From: Hormiphora californensis
Lineage: Eukaryota; Animalia; Ctenophora
NCBI GenBank assembly: GCA_020137815.1
Contig: CM035351.1
Coordinates: forward strand, 4,464,001 to 4,528,000
Length of the DNA: 64,000 bases
Direction: 5' to 3'
The notes under the pieces were generated by a model. That model searched no databases and had not been told where the DNA came from. It worked only from the letters and a program-made list of their open reading frames with translations. The translations under genes and the position numbers were made by a program. Of this stretch, positions 13,325-25,094 are shown piece by piece; within the stretch, counting starts at the first letter, position 1; every line of letters starts with the position of its first letter.

Positions 13325-13612
13325 CTAGCACACCCATTGGTGCGCCTCAAGTAAGGGTTTTTTGATAACCCACCCGGCTTCGCCGAGTGGTTCTTTTCGC
13401 CACTTTTAACGTCAATAACACGGTTGCCATGGCAACTGAATTGGTAACTATGGGGACTGGCATGTTAAAAGGCATTCGAAAATATTAATAAACTTCCGCT
13501 GGAACTGTGAGTAACAGCTTTACAGCTTTGGGCACATAGTGTTTTATGAAGGAGCAGCCTGTCGCTTAGATACCGCCTAACGAACGACTTCGACGTTCAT
13601 CTTCAAATTATA
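13325..13612 (-). mobile_element. Possible non-autonomous Helitron
   Basis: Absent from the homologous spacer near 17430; on the minus strand it ends in a short hairpin followed by CTAG|T. Confidence 0.4.
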
Positions 13613-13787
13613 TATCAAACATCTCCAAATTGTATATCAAATGTTAACAAAAACTATTCAACATACTGGTAATTATATTAAAACTGACGAAATAGTAGTA
13701 CCGAAATAAAAATCACATACACATGTACATATATGAAAAACTCTCTAAGGACAAAACAACCACAAATTCTAAAACACAACATCCAAT

Positions 13788-16700
13788 TTAAACCCGTGAG
13801 CTATTTCCCTTCACTACCTCATCATAGCTAGGAGGAGGAGGTAAATTGTCTTCATGTACCCCCGAGTTTTCAATAACCAAGTTTCCATATTGTGGTGGTC
13901 CTTGTCCAATTGTCGGCTCTGACAAAGAATTCGGAGGCAGTGTTGCGAGTGACTCAATTGAGGCAGTTAATTCTATAGAGGCACGACGCTGTCTTTGTCT
14001 TCCTGCGGCTGGGACATCAGCCGCTGCAGAGACAGACACTTGTCTCTGTCTCCGAGAGAGATTTGGGCTGGGTGGTGGGGATTCCGAGCTACAAGATTTG
14101 CGAAACTTCTTGAACAGCCAGACGAGAGGTATAAAAATAGATCCCTTTTCACTGCAAGAGAGAGGAAAAATTAGTTACCTCTCTACTATTTCCAACAACA
14201 TTTTCAAATTCTGTTGCTGATAAGTACTCACAATAATTTTTTCGGATCCGGAATTTTATTTTCTTTCCCAAAGATCATAGCTGGAAGTAGAAGTAATATA
14301 AAGTAAATTCCCATGTGTATACTGTAAAGAATCATAAATCCAAAAATACCAACTAGCCTGAAAAAATGATTACGGATATGAAATATCAAACGACCGTCTA
14401 TCTAATTTTTGAAGCTAACAAAAAATGTGTTGGAGAAGGACATGATTTTACTTACGTAAACCAGGATTCAGATTCGTCCACATCAATAATAACCAAGGAA
14501 GCCACCAAGTGAAGGAATATAGCTAATCCAAAGAATGCCGACAGGTAATAATTGGGCTTCTAGAAATAGGGAGGGATTGTCATATACAATTGCATCAGCA
14601 GTATGGGTACTGCATATAATTCGAATGTTCTAATTATTTACCTTGAAATCTAGGAAGAGTTCATCATCATCATATGATTGGTATCTATGGTAACACGGAA
14701 ACCATTCCATAAACGTGAAATTATTACTGTGTGCTGTGACATTATTCTGAAAACAAGAATAAATGCATTATGTTTCATAATGCTATGTTTCCCCGCCAAC
14801 CTTTCATCCCTAACATGAAGGCGGACAGACATTTCGGATGATTTATACATCAAGCAAATAGTATACAGGGTGTCCCACTGTCTTTGCGTGACCTGCGATT
14901 ACTGGTCATGACCGGGTTCCTTCAAATTAATCAAAACTTATCGAAAAATTGGTCAAAATGGTTCTAACAAAAACCAGTGTTCTAGAGAATTGTCTGGCGA
15001 ACATTTTGGTGGCAAGATTGACGTTCCAAGTCTTACCAATCGTCAGATATATCGTCGTAAAGTCAAAAGTACGTGTTCATGAAATCCGACCGGGGTTCAC
15101 GTTTTGAAAAATTCACATATGCAAAGTTACTCGGATCACATTGCATCCCTCATAAGAGTTGTGGGAAATTGTCTGGCGGTCATTTTGGTACCCGGGTTTT
15201 TGTCCTAGCTCAATGTTTAGAGTGTCTTATGACTGTCTAAAGACGAAATTTAACCAGCATTTTTGAGGGGATCACGTGTCATCAACAAATGGGTAAAATG
15301 ATTTGAAATTTACAAGAGCTTCATTGGAATCGTCTAAGGTTCATTTTGATACCATGGTTTTTTCCATAGCTCTACGTTTAAGTTGCGTTATGACTGTAGG
15401 AACATAAAGATTTTTCTATGCTGAGTCTTAGTTGGTATCGGCTCACAACCCCTAATTAGGTGGCTCGGTGTCGTGTGTAATCCCATGATAATCAGCACAT
15501 ATCGTCTCAATTTCATCTAGACACTTGACAGGGTTGTTATGACGATTTGGCAAGGCCCCTGTTAATGTGTAGGATACGCAAGTGGTCTATCTCAACCCTA
15601 TCATGCACTAAGATGTTATTCAAGCAGCTATGAGCTTCATAACAGGGCAAAATGCAATGCGATACCTGAGAGCACTTTTGGGAAAATTCCAGTTCTGACA
15701 GTCATAAGACACTCTAAACATTGAGCTAGGATAAAAACCCGGGTACCAAAATGACCGCCAGACAATTTTCTACAACTCTTATGAGGAATGCAATGTGATC
15801 CGAGCAACTTTGCATTTGTGAATTTTTCAAAACGTGAACCCCGGTCGGATTTCATGAACACGTACTTTTGACTTTACGACGATATATCTGACGATTGGTA
15901 AGACTTGGAACGTCAATCTTGCCACCAAAATGTTCGCCAGACAATTCTCTAGAACACTGGTTTTTGTTAGAACCATTTTGACCAATTTTTCGATGAGTTT
16001 TGGTTAGTTTAATGGAGCCCGGTCATGACCCAAAATCTCAGGTCACGCAAAGACAGTGGGACACCCTGTAGAACAAATCCTTGTGTTTTAGTTGCACTAA
16101 ATTGCGCGCCACATTGCGGAATTGTGCGCCACACATTTCTTGAAAACGTGTCAATGAAGTGGTTTATGAAGGAGCAGGTTGTTGTTGTGTGTGCGGCTCT
16201 AGTTGCTACATGTTGCCCCTCGCAACCTGAAACGGGACAAGAGAGCTGACTTGCTACACATAGTCACTATATCCGTTTAGATTTCTAAACTAGATTTAGA
16301 AATTTAGATTTCTAAACCCCCTATGCCTTTTTGCAAAAGGCACCCGGGCGGGGAAAAAATGAAGTCATGTACAGTTGGAACTTGGACCCCGATTTATCGA
16401 AACACCAATTTACCGGGCAAATCCCTTTCTCCTTAGTATCTCAAAAAGTTGGGACACGGCTGTGCTAGTAGATGTTGCGAATAGCGGTACAAAATCCTCT
16501 CAGCTTTATCTGAAAACCCATGAAGACTTACCAGTTCTGGGATTTGAGCTGCTAGTTGTGTATATATCTCTGCTTGAATATCAGGCCGCTCACAATGTAC
16601 CAAAGCGTCATCAGAACCATCGTCAAAAATGGTCGCCTAAAATGCGGATAAGATGAAATTCCGTGAGTTCCTTAGAGGAGGGGGTGGGGACCTGGGTGGT

Positions 16701-17268
16701 ATTCTAAACTGGTCAAAACACGGACGTTTCAAGATTGTACCCAGGTTGTGTCCACACCCCCCTCAATCAAGTTTTCACCCGTCCCCTTAGGTTCTAGGGG
16801 AAACCAGATCTTAGAAACCAACCTTAGAAAGATCTGTTAAACAATATCAATATACCTTATTGTCATTGATATAATCTTTGCTGATATAAAGACCCTTGTA
16901 AGAGCTGACTTTGTAGCCGAAATAAGTCACATTACGGAAACTTGCTGTGATAACTGGAACATAGTACTCGACAAAACTTCCCTCGCACCACAATGTTGTC
17001 CACGATATGGCGTTTATCTTGCAGGTTCCGTTCGTAACACGTGCTAAAAACGGAAAGGATTGTTTCAGATAAGATAATGAATGCTATGTATTAAGTTCTG
17101 TCATGTCGTATAAATATTACTAGAATCCAGCTCCAACTCAGGATCGTTCCTATAATACTTACAGTATTCATTTATTGGATTGATGAAAACAACTCCTGTG
17201 GCTATGAGAGAAGCAAGGGTGGCAGTTATAAATATTCGTGCGAGGAAAAGTTTATCAAACAAAGCCAT
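13788..17268 (-). CDS. PPxY membrane protein paralog 4 (7 exons)
   Basis: Same exon series; exon 4 has in-frame indels (NNVTAHSNNFTFMEWFPCYHRYQSYDDDELFLDFK); ends PPPPSYDEVVKGNSSRV. Confidence 0.82.
14752..16358 (-). mobile_element. HINE/DINE-1-like element carrying a nested MITE
   Basis: Same termini as 10859-11407 (GCATTATG..CATAATGC hairpin, TTTCCCCGCC / GGCGGGGAAA); empty site in paralog 3 near 10550. Confidence 0.62.
14866..16068. mobile_element. Tc1/mariner-type long-TIR MITE (1.2 kb)
   Basis: TA-CAGGGTGTCCCACTGTCTTTGCG ... CGCAAAGACAGTGGGACACCCTG-TA; arms of about 370 bp; second copy at 30262-31460. Confidence 0.88.
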
Positions 17269-17564
17269 TCTTCATCATGAACCTCGTTATAACCCCGCTC
17301 AATCAACAAATCATAGCCATGGCTAGAGCCTAAAAACTTTATTTTTGTTAGTTCTGTGCCGAAGTGGAAAGGATTGGTCGCATGGAACGGATACAATTCA
17401 GCTTTTTTATGACTTATCAACATCTCTAAAATATATCAAATATTAACAACAACTATTCAACATACTGATTGTTTTAAAAGTTAAAACTGACGGAAAAAAA
17501 TAAAAATCACATGCTAGTATATCACAAACAAAATAACCAAAAATTCTAAAACAAAACATCCCAT

Positions 17565-20500
17565 TTAAATCCGTGAGCTATTTCCCTTCACTACTTCATC
17601 GTAACTAGGAGGAGGAGGTAAATTGTCTTCATCTACCCCCGAGTTTTCAATAGTTAAGTTTCCATATTGTGGTGGTCCTTGTCCAATAGAACCATTATTC
17701 GGCTCTGATAAAGAATTCGGAGGCAGGGTTGCGAGTGACTCAATTGAGGCAGTTGCTTCAATGGAGACACGACGCTGTCTTTGTCTCTCTGCGGCTGGGG
17801 CATCAGCCGCTGCAGAGACAGACACTTGTCTCTGTCTCCGAGAGAGATTTGGGCTGGGTGGTGGGGACTCCGAGCTACAAGATTTGCGACACTTCTTGAA
17901 CAGCCAGACAAGAGGTATAAAAATTGATCCCTTTTCACTGGAAGAGAGAGGAAAAATTAGTTACCTTCAAAATGACAATGGAGAGACGACTTTAACATGA
18001 AATGTTTATTAAATTGTTGTTATTAGGTTCTTCAGAAACTATTCGGGCAAAGACCGAATGCATACTTACAATAAAACACCAATATTAGGAAGATCATTCA
18101 AATTCTGTTGCTGATAAGTACTTACAATAATTTTTTCGGTTCCGGAATTTTATTTCCTTTCCCCATGATAATAGCTCACGGCGTGCCTGGTGAAATTTTA
18201 ACACGACCTAGCATGCGACGGGAAACTACCACTTGTACGTGGTAGCTGAGGGTCTACAAAATGGCGCTACGGTGCGGGAAAAAACATTCCATTCCCTAAA
18301 ATCGTTTTTTTTCACTTTTATTTGATTTGGGTCAAAATTGGCTACATCAAACGTGGTCCCGAAAAATCCATAATGACTTAGCACACGAAATATGTCACCC
18401 CTACCTATTTTTGCACGTAGAATCGATTGCAGTTGAAGTCGAATCTCTAAAATGACTGTAAAATGGTCAAAAGTTGATTTTTTACCATTTTTTGGAGGTT
18501 TTTGGCCCCTAAACCATTGAAAACGTTGAGATAGGAATTTGAAACTAGTGCCAATCGTTAAAATGGTCATTTTTCTACCAAGAACCAAGTTTTCGTATAT
18601 ATCCGATTTATGGTTAGATTTGGGCAAATTGTTGAAATCTGCCAACTAGGAGAACCGTAACTTGATTTTCTTGTTTTTTGGATTTTGGCATTTTTGAAAA
18701 ACTTCTGATTGAAATGGCCAGTCGGGACCATGCTTAAGTTGTTTATGGGACAATTTTCGACTAAAATCCAAGATTTCATACCAATCCAATAACAGATCGT
18801 TGATTTATAGAAAATTTGCGTAGGCAAAACGGTCAAAATAACAACTTTTCTTGCTTATTTTGACCGTTTTTCCTACGCAAATTTTCTATAAATCAACGAT
18901 CTGTTATTCTATTGGTATGAAATCTTGGATTTTAGTCGAAAATTGTCCCATAAACAACTTAAGCATGGTCCCGACTGGCCATTTCAATCAGAAGTTTTTC
19001 AAAAATGCCAAAATCCAAAAAACAAGAAAATCAAGTTACGGTTCTCCTAGTTGGCAGATTTCAACAATTTGCCCAAATCTAACCATAAATCGGATATATA
19101 CGAAAACTTGGTTCTTGGTAGAAAAATGACCATTTTAACGATTGGCACTAGTTTCAAATTCCTATCTCAACGTTTTCAATGGTTTAGGGGCCAAAAACCT
19201 CCAAAAAATGGTAAAAAATCAACTTTTGACCATTTTACAGTCATTTTAGAGATTCGACTTCAACGGCAATCGATTCTACGTGCAAAAATAGGTAGGGGTG
19301 ACATATTTCGTGTGCTAAGTCATTATGGATTTTTCGGGACCACGTTTGATGTAGCCAATTTTGACCCAAATCAAATAAAAGTGAAAAAAAACGATTTTAG
19401 GGAATGGAATGTTTTTTCCCGCACCGTAGCGCCATTCTGTAGACCCTCAGCTACCACGTACAAGTGGTGGTTTCCCGTCGCATGCTAGGTCGTGTTAAAA
19501 TTTCACCAGGCACGCCGTGAGCTGGTAGATAAAGTATAACAAAGAAAACTATCATGTGCACGAAGAAAGCAACTATCAATCCAAATCTACTTAGGTGGCT
19601 GAAAAAAAGATTACGAATATCAGACGACCGTATATCTTATTTTTAAAGAAAAGTAAGCGGGGGACTTGACTTACACGAAAATAGAATCAGATTCGTCAAC
19701 CTTAGTAACAACCACAGAAGCCACCAAGTGAAGGAACACAGCTAATCCAAAGAATGCCGACAGGTAATAATTGGGCTTCTAGAAATAGGGAAGTTTTGAT
19801 TAAGGAATGAAATTGTGAGCAAAATACATTTTTCGCGAAGTGATTGAAAGATTCTTGCCTTGTGGTTTAGGTAGAGGTAACCAGTGGAAATATGATGAAC
19901 GCACTCAAACCAATCCATGTCGGTAAAGTTAAGCTTTACCGTTCCAGTAGTGGCATTCATCTGAAAAATTCAACAGTTCAGCCTCTTCCAAGTTCTAAGA
20001 GAATCGATCTTGTTCCAGATCAGGAGCTGGGTACAAGGTCCCTAGACGGAGTGCACGATATCGAGAGGACAGCACATGGGGGAGAGAGGGGATATGATTT
20101 TTCAGACAAAGCTGAAATCCTTATTCTTGGGTATGATATCCCGGATATCATACCCAAGATCAGGATTCCAGCTTTGTCTAAAAACCCATGACTACTTACC
20201 AGTTCTGGAATTTGAGCTGCTAGTTGTGTATTTATCTCTGCTTGAATATCCGGCCACTCACACTGTATCAAAGCTTCATCGGTACCATCGTCAAAAATTG
20301 TCGCCTAAACAAAATTTTTCAAAAACCATGTATGTATTTGGCAGCGGATTACGGGGGCCCAAAAGAAACGTCTGAATAGATCCCTCGAAAGATCTATTTT
20401 TGCATTACGTGAAATCGTACTTTCACCACAAGTCACATGCGTATGACACACATATAATGCCTTCTATGTGGTAAAAGTGTGATGAAACCTAATGTGCAGA

Positions 20501-21040
20501 TAAAATCTCAGGCTCTCCTTTCGAGCCCCCGTAATCCACCGTATTTCTATCGTGCAAGGTGGAGCTAAAAACCACAAAAATTTTCGGCCTTAGGCAATGC
20601 CACTATATATACTGTATACTGTATTACCTTATTGTCATTGATATAATTTTTGCTGATATAAAGCCCTGTGTAAGAGCTGACTTTATAGCCGAAATAGGTC
20701 ACATTACGGAAACTTGCTGTGATAACTGGAACATAGTACTCTTCAAAACTTCCCTCACACCACAATTTTTTCCACGATACATCAGTTACCTTGCATGTCC
20801 CGTTCGTAATGTATGCTGAAACAATGTATACTTTGTAATTAATGTTATTATTATTATAATTTTATATTACAGTTCTCCTATATGGTTGCGTTTACAGAGG
20901 CCAAAGTACATATGGAATGATGCAGTCCACTTACAATATTCATTTATTGGGTTGATGAAAACCACTCCTGTGACTATCATAGACACAAGGGTAGCAGTTA
21001 TAAAGAGTCGTGCCAAGAAAACTTTATCAAATAAAGCCAT
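17565..21040 (-). pseudogene. PPxY membrane protein paralog 5, exon 6 interrupted by a foldback element
   Basis: Exon 6 reads HLSRFGLIVAFFVHMIVFFVILYLP|AIIMGKGNKIPEPKKL once the element 18177-19519 and one TSD copy are removed. Confidence 0.75.
18177..19519. mobile_element. 1343-bp near-perfect foldback element, Chapaev-like non-autonomous transposon
   Basis: Arms of about 665 bp and a loop of about 13 nt; termini CACGG...CCGTG; 4-bp TSD AGCT (18173-18176 and 19520-19523). Confidence 0.85.
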
Positions 21041-21387
21041 TTTCCATTGTGAATGTCGTTGCAGCCCCGCTCAGTCAAGACATGACTAGACCCTAAAATA
21101 AATTGTTTTTGTTAGTTTTGCGTCAAAAACCAAAGGATTGGTTATAGGTTGGGTGAGCCTTTGGTGATGCAGTCACCCTTACAACTCCCATGCGTGACCA
21201 GGCAAAACGAAGCCTGGAAGCGGACTGAGTTGTAAGAGGTGGGTTGTCCGGTTGTAAGAGGTGACGGCGCCACTCAAATAAAATTGGTGCAAAGTGTAAT
21301 CAACTTCATAAAATCTCTCAAAGGACAGCTAAAAATATAAAACTCTCATAAGGACAGCTAAAAATTATAAAACTTTTCACCATTCCA

Positions 21388-23402
21388 TTAAACCCGAGAG
21401 CTATCTCCCTTCACAACCTCATCGTAACTAGGAGGAGGAGGTAAATTGTCTTCATCCACCCCTGTGTTTTCAATAACCAAGTTTCCATATTGTGGTGGTC
21501 CCGTAGTAGTAGCAGTCGGTCCAGGACTGCTAGGAACGGGATGTCGTTCAGGGGTTATTGTCCCTTCTAGTTCAATATTGTCTATGGATGCATGGCTCCG
21601 GAGTGATGGTCCAAGTGCCAAAGTCGGTTCCGATGAAGACCTCTGAAGGGGTGCGACTCTTCGATGAAGCTGAGGGGTCATTGGCCCTTCTGCAGAGGCA
21701 GGGCGTTGACTCTGGCCTTCGGCGAGATTTGGCGTGGCCGATGGATGTGCAGCAGTAGACTCTGTTGAACTGTCGAAGTGTAAACACTCGCAATCCCTTG
21801 TCAGCCAAATAATAGGTATGAAAATTGATCCCTTGTTACTGGAAGAGAAACTCAGTTAGATCTTAGTTTTACATACCAAGCTTGATTCCAGGTTATAAAA
21901 TGAGCATATCCATGGCATATAATAAGAGCATTTTGTACTTACAGTAATGTGATTGCATCGGGTATTTGATATTTTTTCATCCTACAGACAATGGCCAGTA
22001 GAACATACACCATCAATAGTATAGCGTAAGTTGAAAAATGTATAACGTATACAACCAGTACTCCAATGTTAGCAAACATTCCGAACAGATTCCTATAATA
22101 AAGCATAATTTATTACATATGTTCAATTTTCTATAATTGCAACAAAAATATATCGATATTTAGATTGGTTTACACTTACGCCAAAACCGACTCTTGTTGT
22201 TCCACTTTAGCAACCAACATGGATGCGCCAAGGTGACAGTAAAGAGATATTCCGAAAAACGCCGACAGAACGTAATTAGGCTTCTGCAGGGAAAACAAGG
22301 GAATTATAAAAACAGATAAGAAAGGAAAGTTGCAAAAATGCAGTAACAGAATCAATCGAGCTCGTGTATTAACCGTATAGTTGAGAAAGAGTGAACCATC
22401 ATCATATACATTGAGTCTACGGAAACAGGGAATCCACTCCAATTCCAGGTCATCCAAAACCAGGTCATCAAATTCAACAAGTTCATCTAATTCAGTGACA
22501 TTATTCTGAAACAGTCGATAAGTCAGTTGTTGGCGCCGACTGCGACAACTCAGCCCGCTTGCGGGCTTCGTTTTGGCACACTACGCGTCACCAAATAAGT
22601 CAGCTAAATTTGCAAATATGGCGGAATGGAGTGCCAATAATCGGTCCATGGCATAAAATTATTACCAGTTCTGGAATTTGAGCTGCTAGTTGTGTATTTA
22701 TCTCTGCTTGAATATCCGGCCACTCACACTGTATCAAAGCTTCATCGGTACCATCGTCAAAAATTGTCGCCTAAACATTGCATTGCAGATGATTTATATT
22801 TCTTGAGGGTTGCGGTCGAGTTTAGGGTCGGGAACACACTTCCCGTGCAATATATGTGCTATATTGAACCGAGTCTCTTACCCGTATACCCTACATAGAG
22901 GGAGCATGAAAAATATATATATTAGGCTAAAGAATACCTATATTAGGCTAAGAATACCTTTATGTCACTGACATGGTCCTTGTTGATATACAGCCCTGTG
23001 TAACTATAGGTGTCGTTGTAGTCGAAATAAGTCACATTACGGAAACTGGCAGTAATAACTGGAACATAGTACTCTTCAAAACTTCCCTCACACCACAATT
23101 TTGTCCACGATATCTCTTTTATCTCGCATGTTCCTTTCGTAATAAATACTGAACAAAATGATAATACTTACAAGTTGAACCTATAACAAATGAAATGTAG
23201 AAGTAAGTTCTGTCAAGATAGAGGTAATGTAGAAATAATGTTGAAAAACATGCAAATATGCAAAAGCATAATTTTCATTCATATACTTACAATTACTATA
23301 TTCTCTAATTGGGTTGATGAAAACCACTCCTGTGGCTATGAGAGAAGCAAAGGTGATGATTATAAAGATCCGTGGGATGTAAACTTTATCAAAATAAGCC
23401 AT
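21388..23402 (-). CDS. PPxY membrane protein paralog 6 (most divergent)
   Basis: Starts MAYFDKVYIPRIFIIITFASLIATGVVFINPIREY; KPNYVLSAFFGISLYCHLGASMLV transmembrane exon; ends PPQYGNLVIENTGVDEDNLPPPPSYDEVVKGDSSRV. Confidence 0.82.
22527..22594. mobile_element. Tiny MITE with 9-bp TSD
   Basis: TSD ATAAGTCAG on both sides; ends in GTCACCAA like the elements at about 4234-4304, 21161-21278, 40802-40859 and 54571-54633. Confidence 0.7.
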
Positions 23403-24789
23403 TCTTTATCATGAGTCATAACTACAATCGAGAAAATTTTTGCTTGAATGAACCAGCTGCATGTTTTAGTTGTACTAACACAACCACTCAAAATAATTAT
23501 ATAATCGGAACTGACAGAGTGTGCACCATTATGAATATTCACGACATATGCGGGACATTGCATTTTATTTCAGTGCGACCTGCACAGTGCTGGCAAATTG
23601 CAAATTGCATTAATCATGAATCATCAAATTTCATCTTACCTCTAGCGGAACAAAATAAGTTATAGAATGTTTTTATCAATACCAACATAGTAAGACAAGA
23701 GAGAAGTTTTGAAAAGGTGGCTACAGGGTACTAAACCCACTATACTCTTCCACCTTACTGACAGTATTTTACTGTATGGACTGTCCTTACACTCTACAAA
23801 CGGTATAGAAACCCAACTGTTCTCAGTCTGCAAAAACCATCAAGATAAACACTTCAACAGCCAACTGAATACACAGAACTGCTAAGACTAAAGACAGGTA
23901 TTATATGCCGTTGCCATAGACTACCAATATATAGACTCTCGTGTACAGGAAAGCTAGCTTGAGTACATTGTTGTATTGTGTAGAACTATTAATAGCTCAA
24001 AAAACTTTAAACAAACATTCACATATAACGTTGCAACGAGTGTATCGTATCTAGACCCGATCGGTATCACTTTATAATAATCTCCACTATAATCTATAGA
24101 TCGTACGTGAACAAGTTTTTAAACAAAATAACAGCACTGCACAGCGAGTTTAATTGTACAGCCTTTGGATCAAATGCATCTGTAGACGCTTGAACTTTAG
24201 ATGTACAAGCAGCTTCAGTTTTGATATGCAGTTAACGTGATGGTCTTACACAACTTGGAAGATAATACAGAGAGAAATAGGGAGAGAGAAAGAGAGAAAG
24301 AGAGAAAAGAGAGAGAGAAAGAGAGTAGAGGAACATAAACAAACATACGGTTCACCAAGGCTATATGAATACTACACACATACGTCACGTACACACCCAC
24401 GTGATACATTGTGTATGGATACTGAACATGTACAGCAATTCTTATTGTGTCCTTCGCCCCTTCCAATCTCTGTGATCTAACACGATATCTATCATGATAC
24501 ACCCGGGTTTATTTTTCACCTTCAACGTAATGTAAATGTAAACAATGACAGATGTGACAAATGGGATACGTCATGAATAATGAATATGGGTAAACTAGGT
24601 TTGTTGTAATATGTGTAGATGAACATCCTTTATTATATAGCTGCATGTTTTATGGTATACTATCAACTTCCGGTAGTTTCTATCTACACTTTATTACTAC
24701 ATTGTATCTTCCCTGTGCCTGCAGCTAATACAGTATCAGCCAGACACCAATACAGTACAATAGTAGGTAATCAATTCAAGGAGGGAGGG

Positions 24790-24811
24790 ACAGGGAGAGA
24801 GGGAGAGAGAT

Positions 24812-24873
<62 letters not shown>

Positions 24874-24940
24874 AATGAGAGAGAGAATGAGAGAGAATGA
24901 GAGAGAATGAGAGAGATACAGAAAAGAGAAGGGAGGGAGA
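24790..24940. repeat. (GA)n microsatellite
   Basis: Long GAGAGA run followed by GAGAGAAT units. Confidence 0.95.
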
Positions 24941-25094
24941 ATGCTACAGATGCTGTTGTAGCCTAACAAAAGAAATCACGTGCCCTATGTAATACTGCAA
25001 CCGACCATCTTTCATTATTTGGTCACTCTCTGCAGTTGTCGTGTGTTGTTTGTTGCATCAAGTCAACCTCACATTTATCGAGTGATATTCTGGA

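Noticed and set aside
18226-19488. Mirror-image ORFs (139/145 aa and 89/92 aa)
   Set aside because: They arise from the two arms of the palindrome and show no transposase or other motif.
2247-23402. Array genes as innexins, P2X receptors or DEG/ENaC channels
   Set aside because: No innexin YYQW motif or paired two-Cys loops, and the ectodomain is too short and Cys-poor for P2X or ENaC despite the PY motif.
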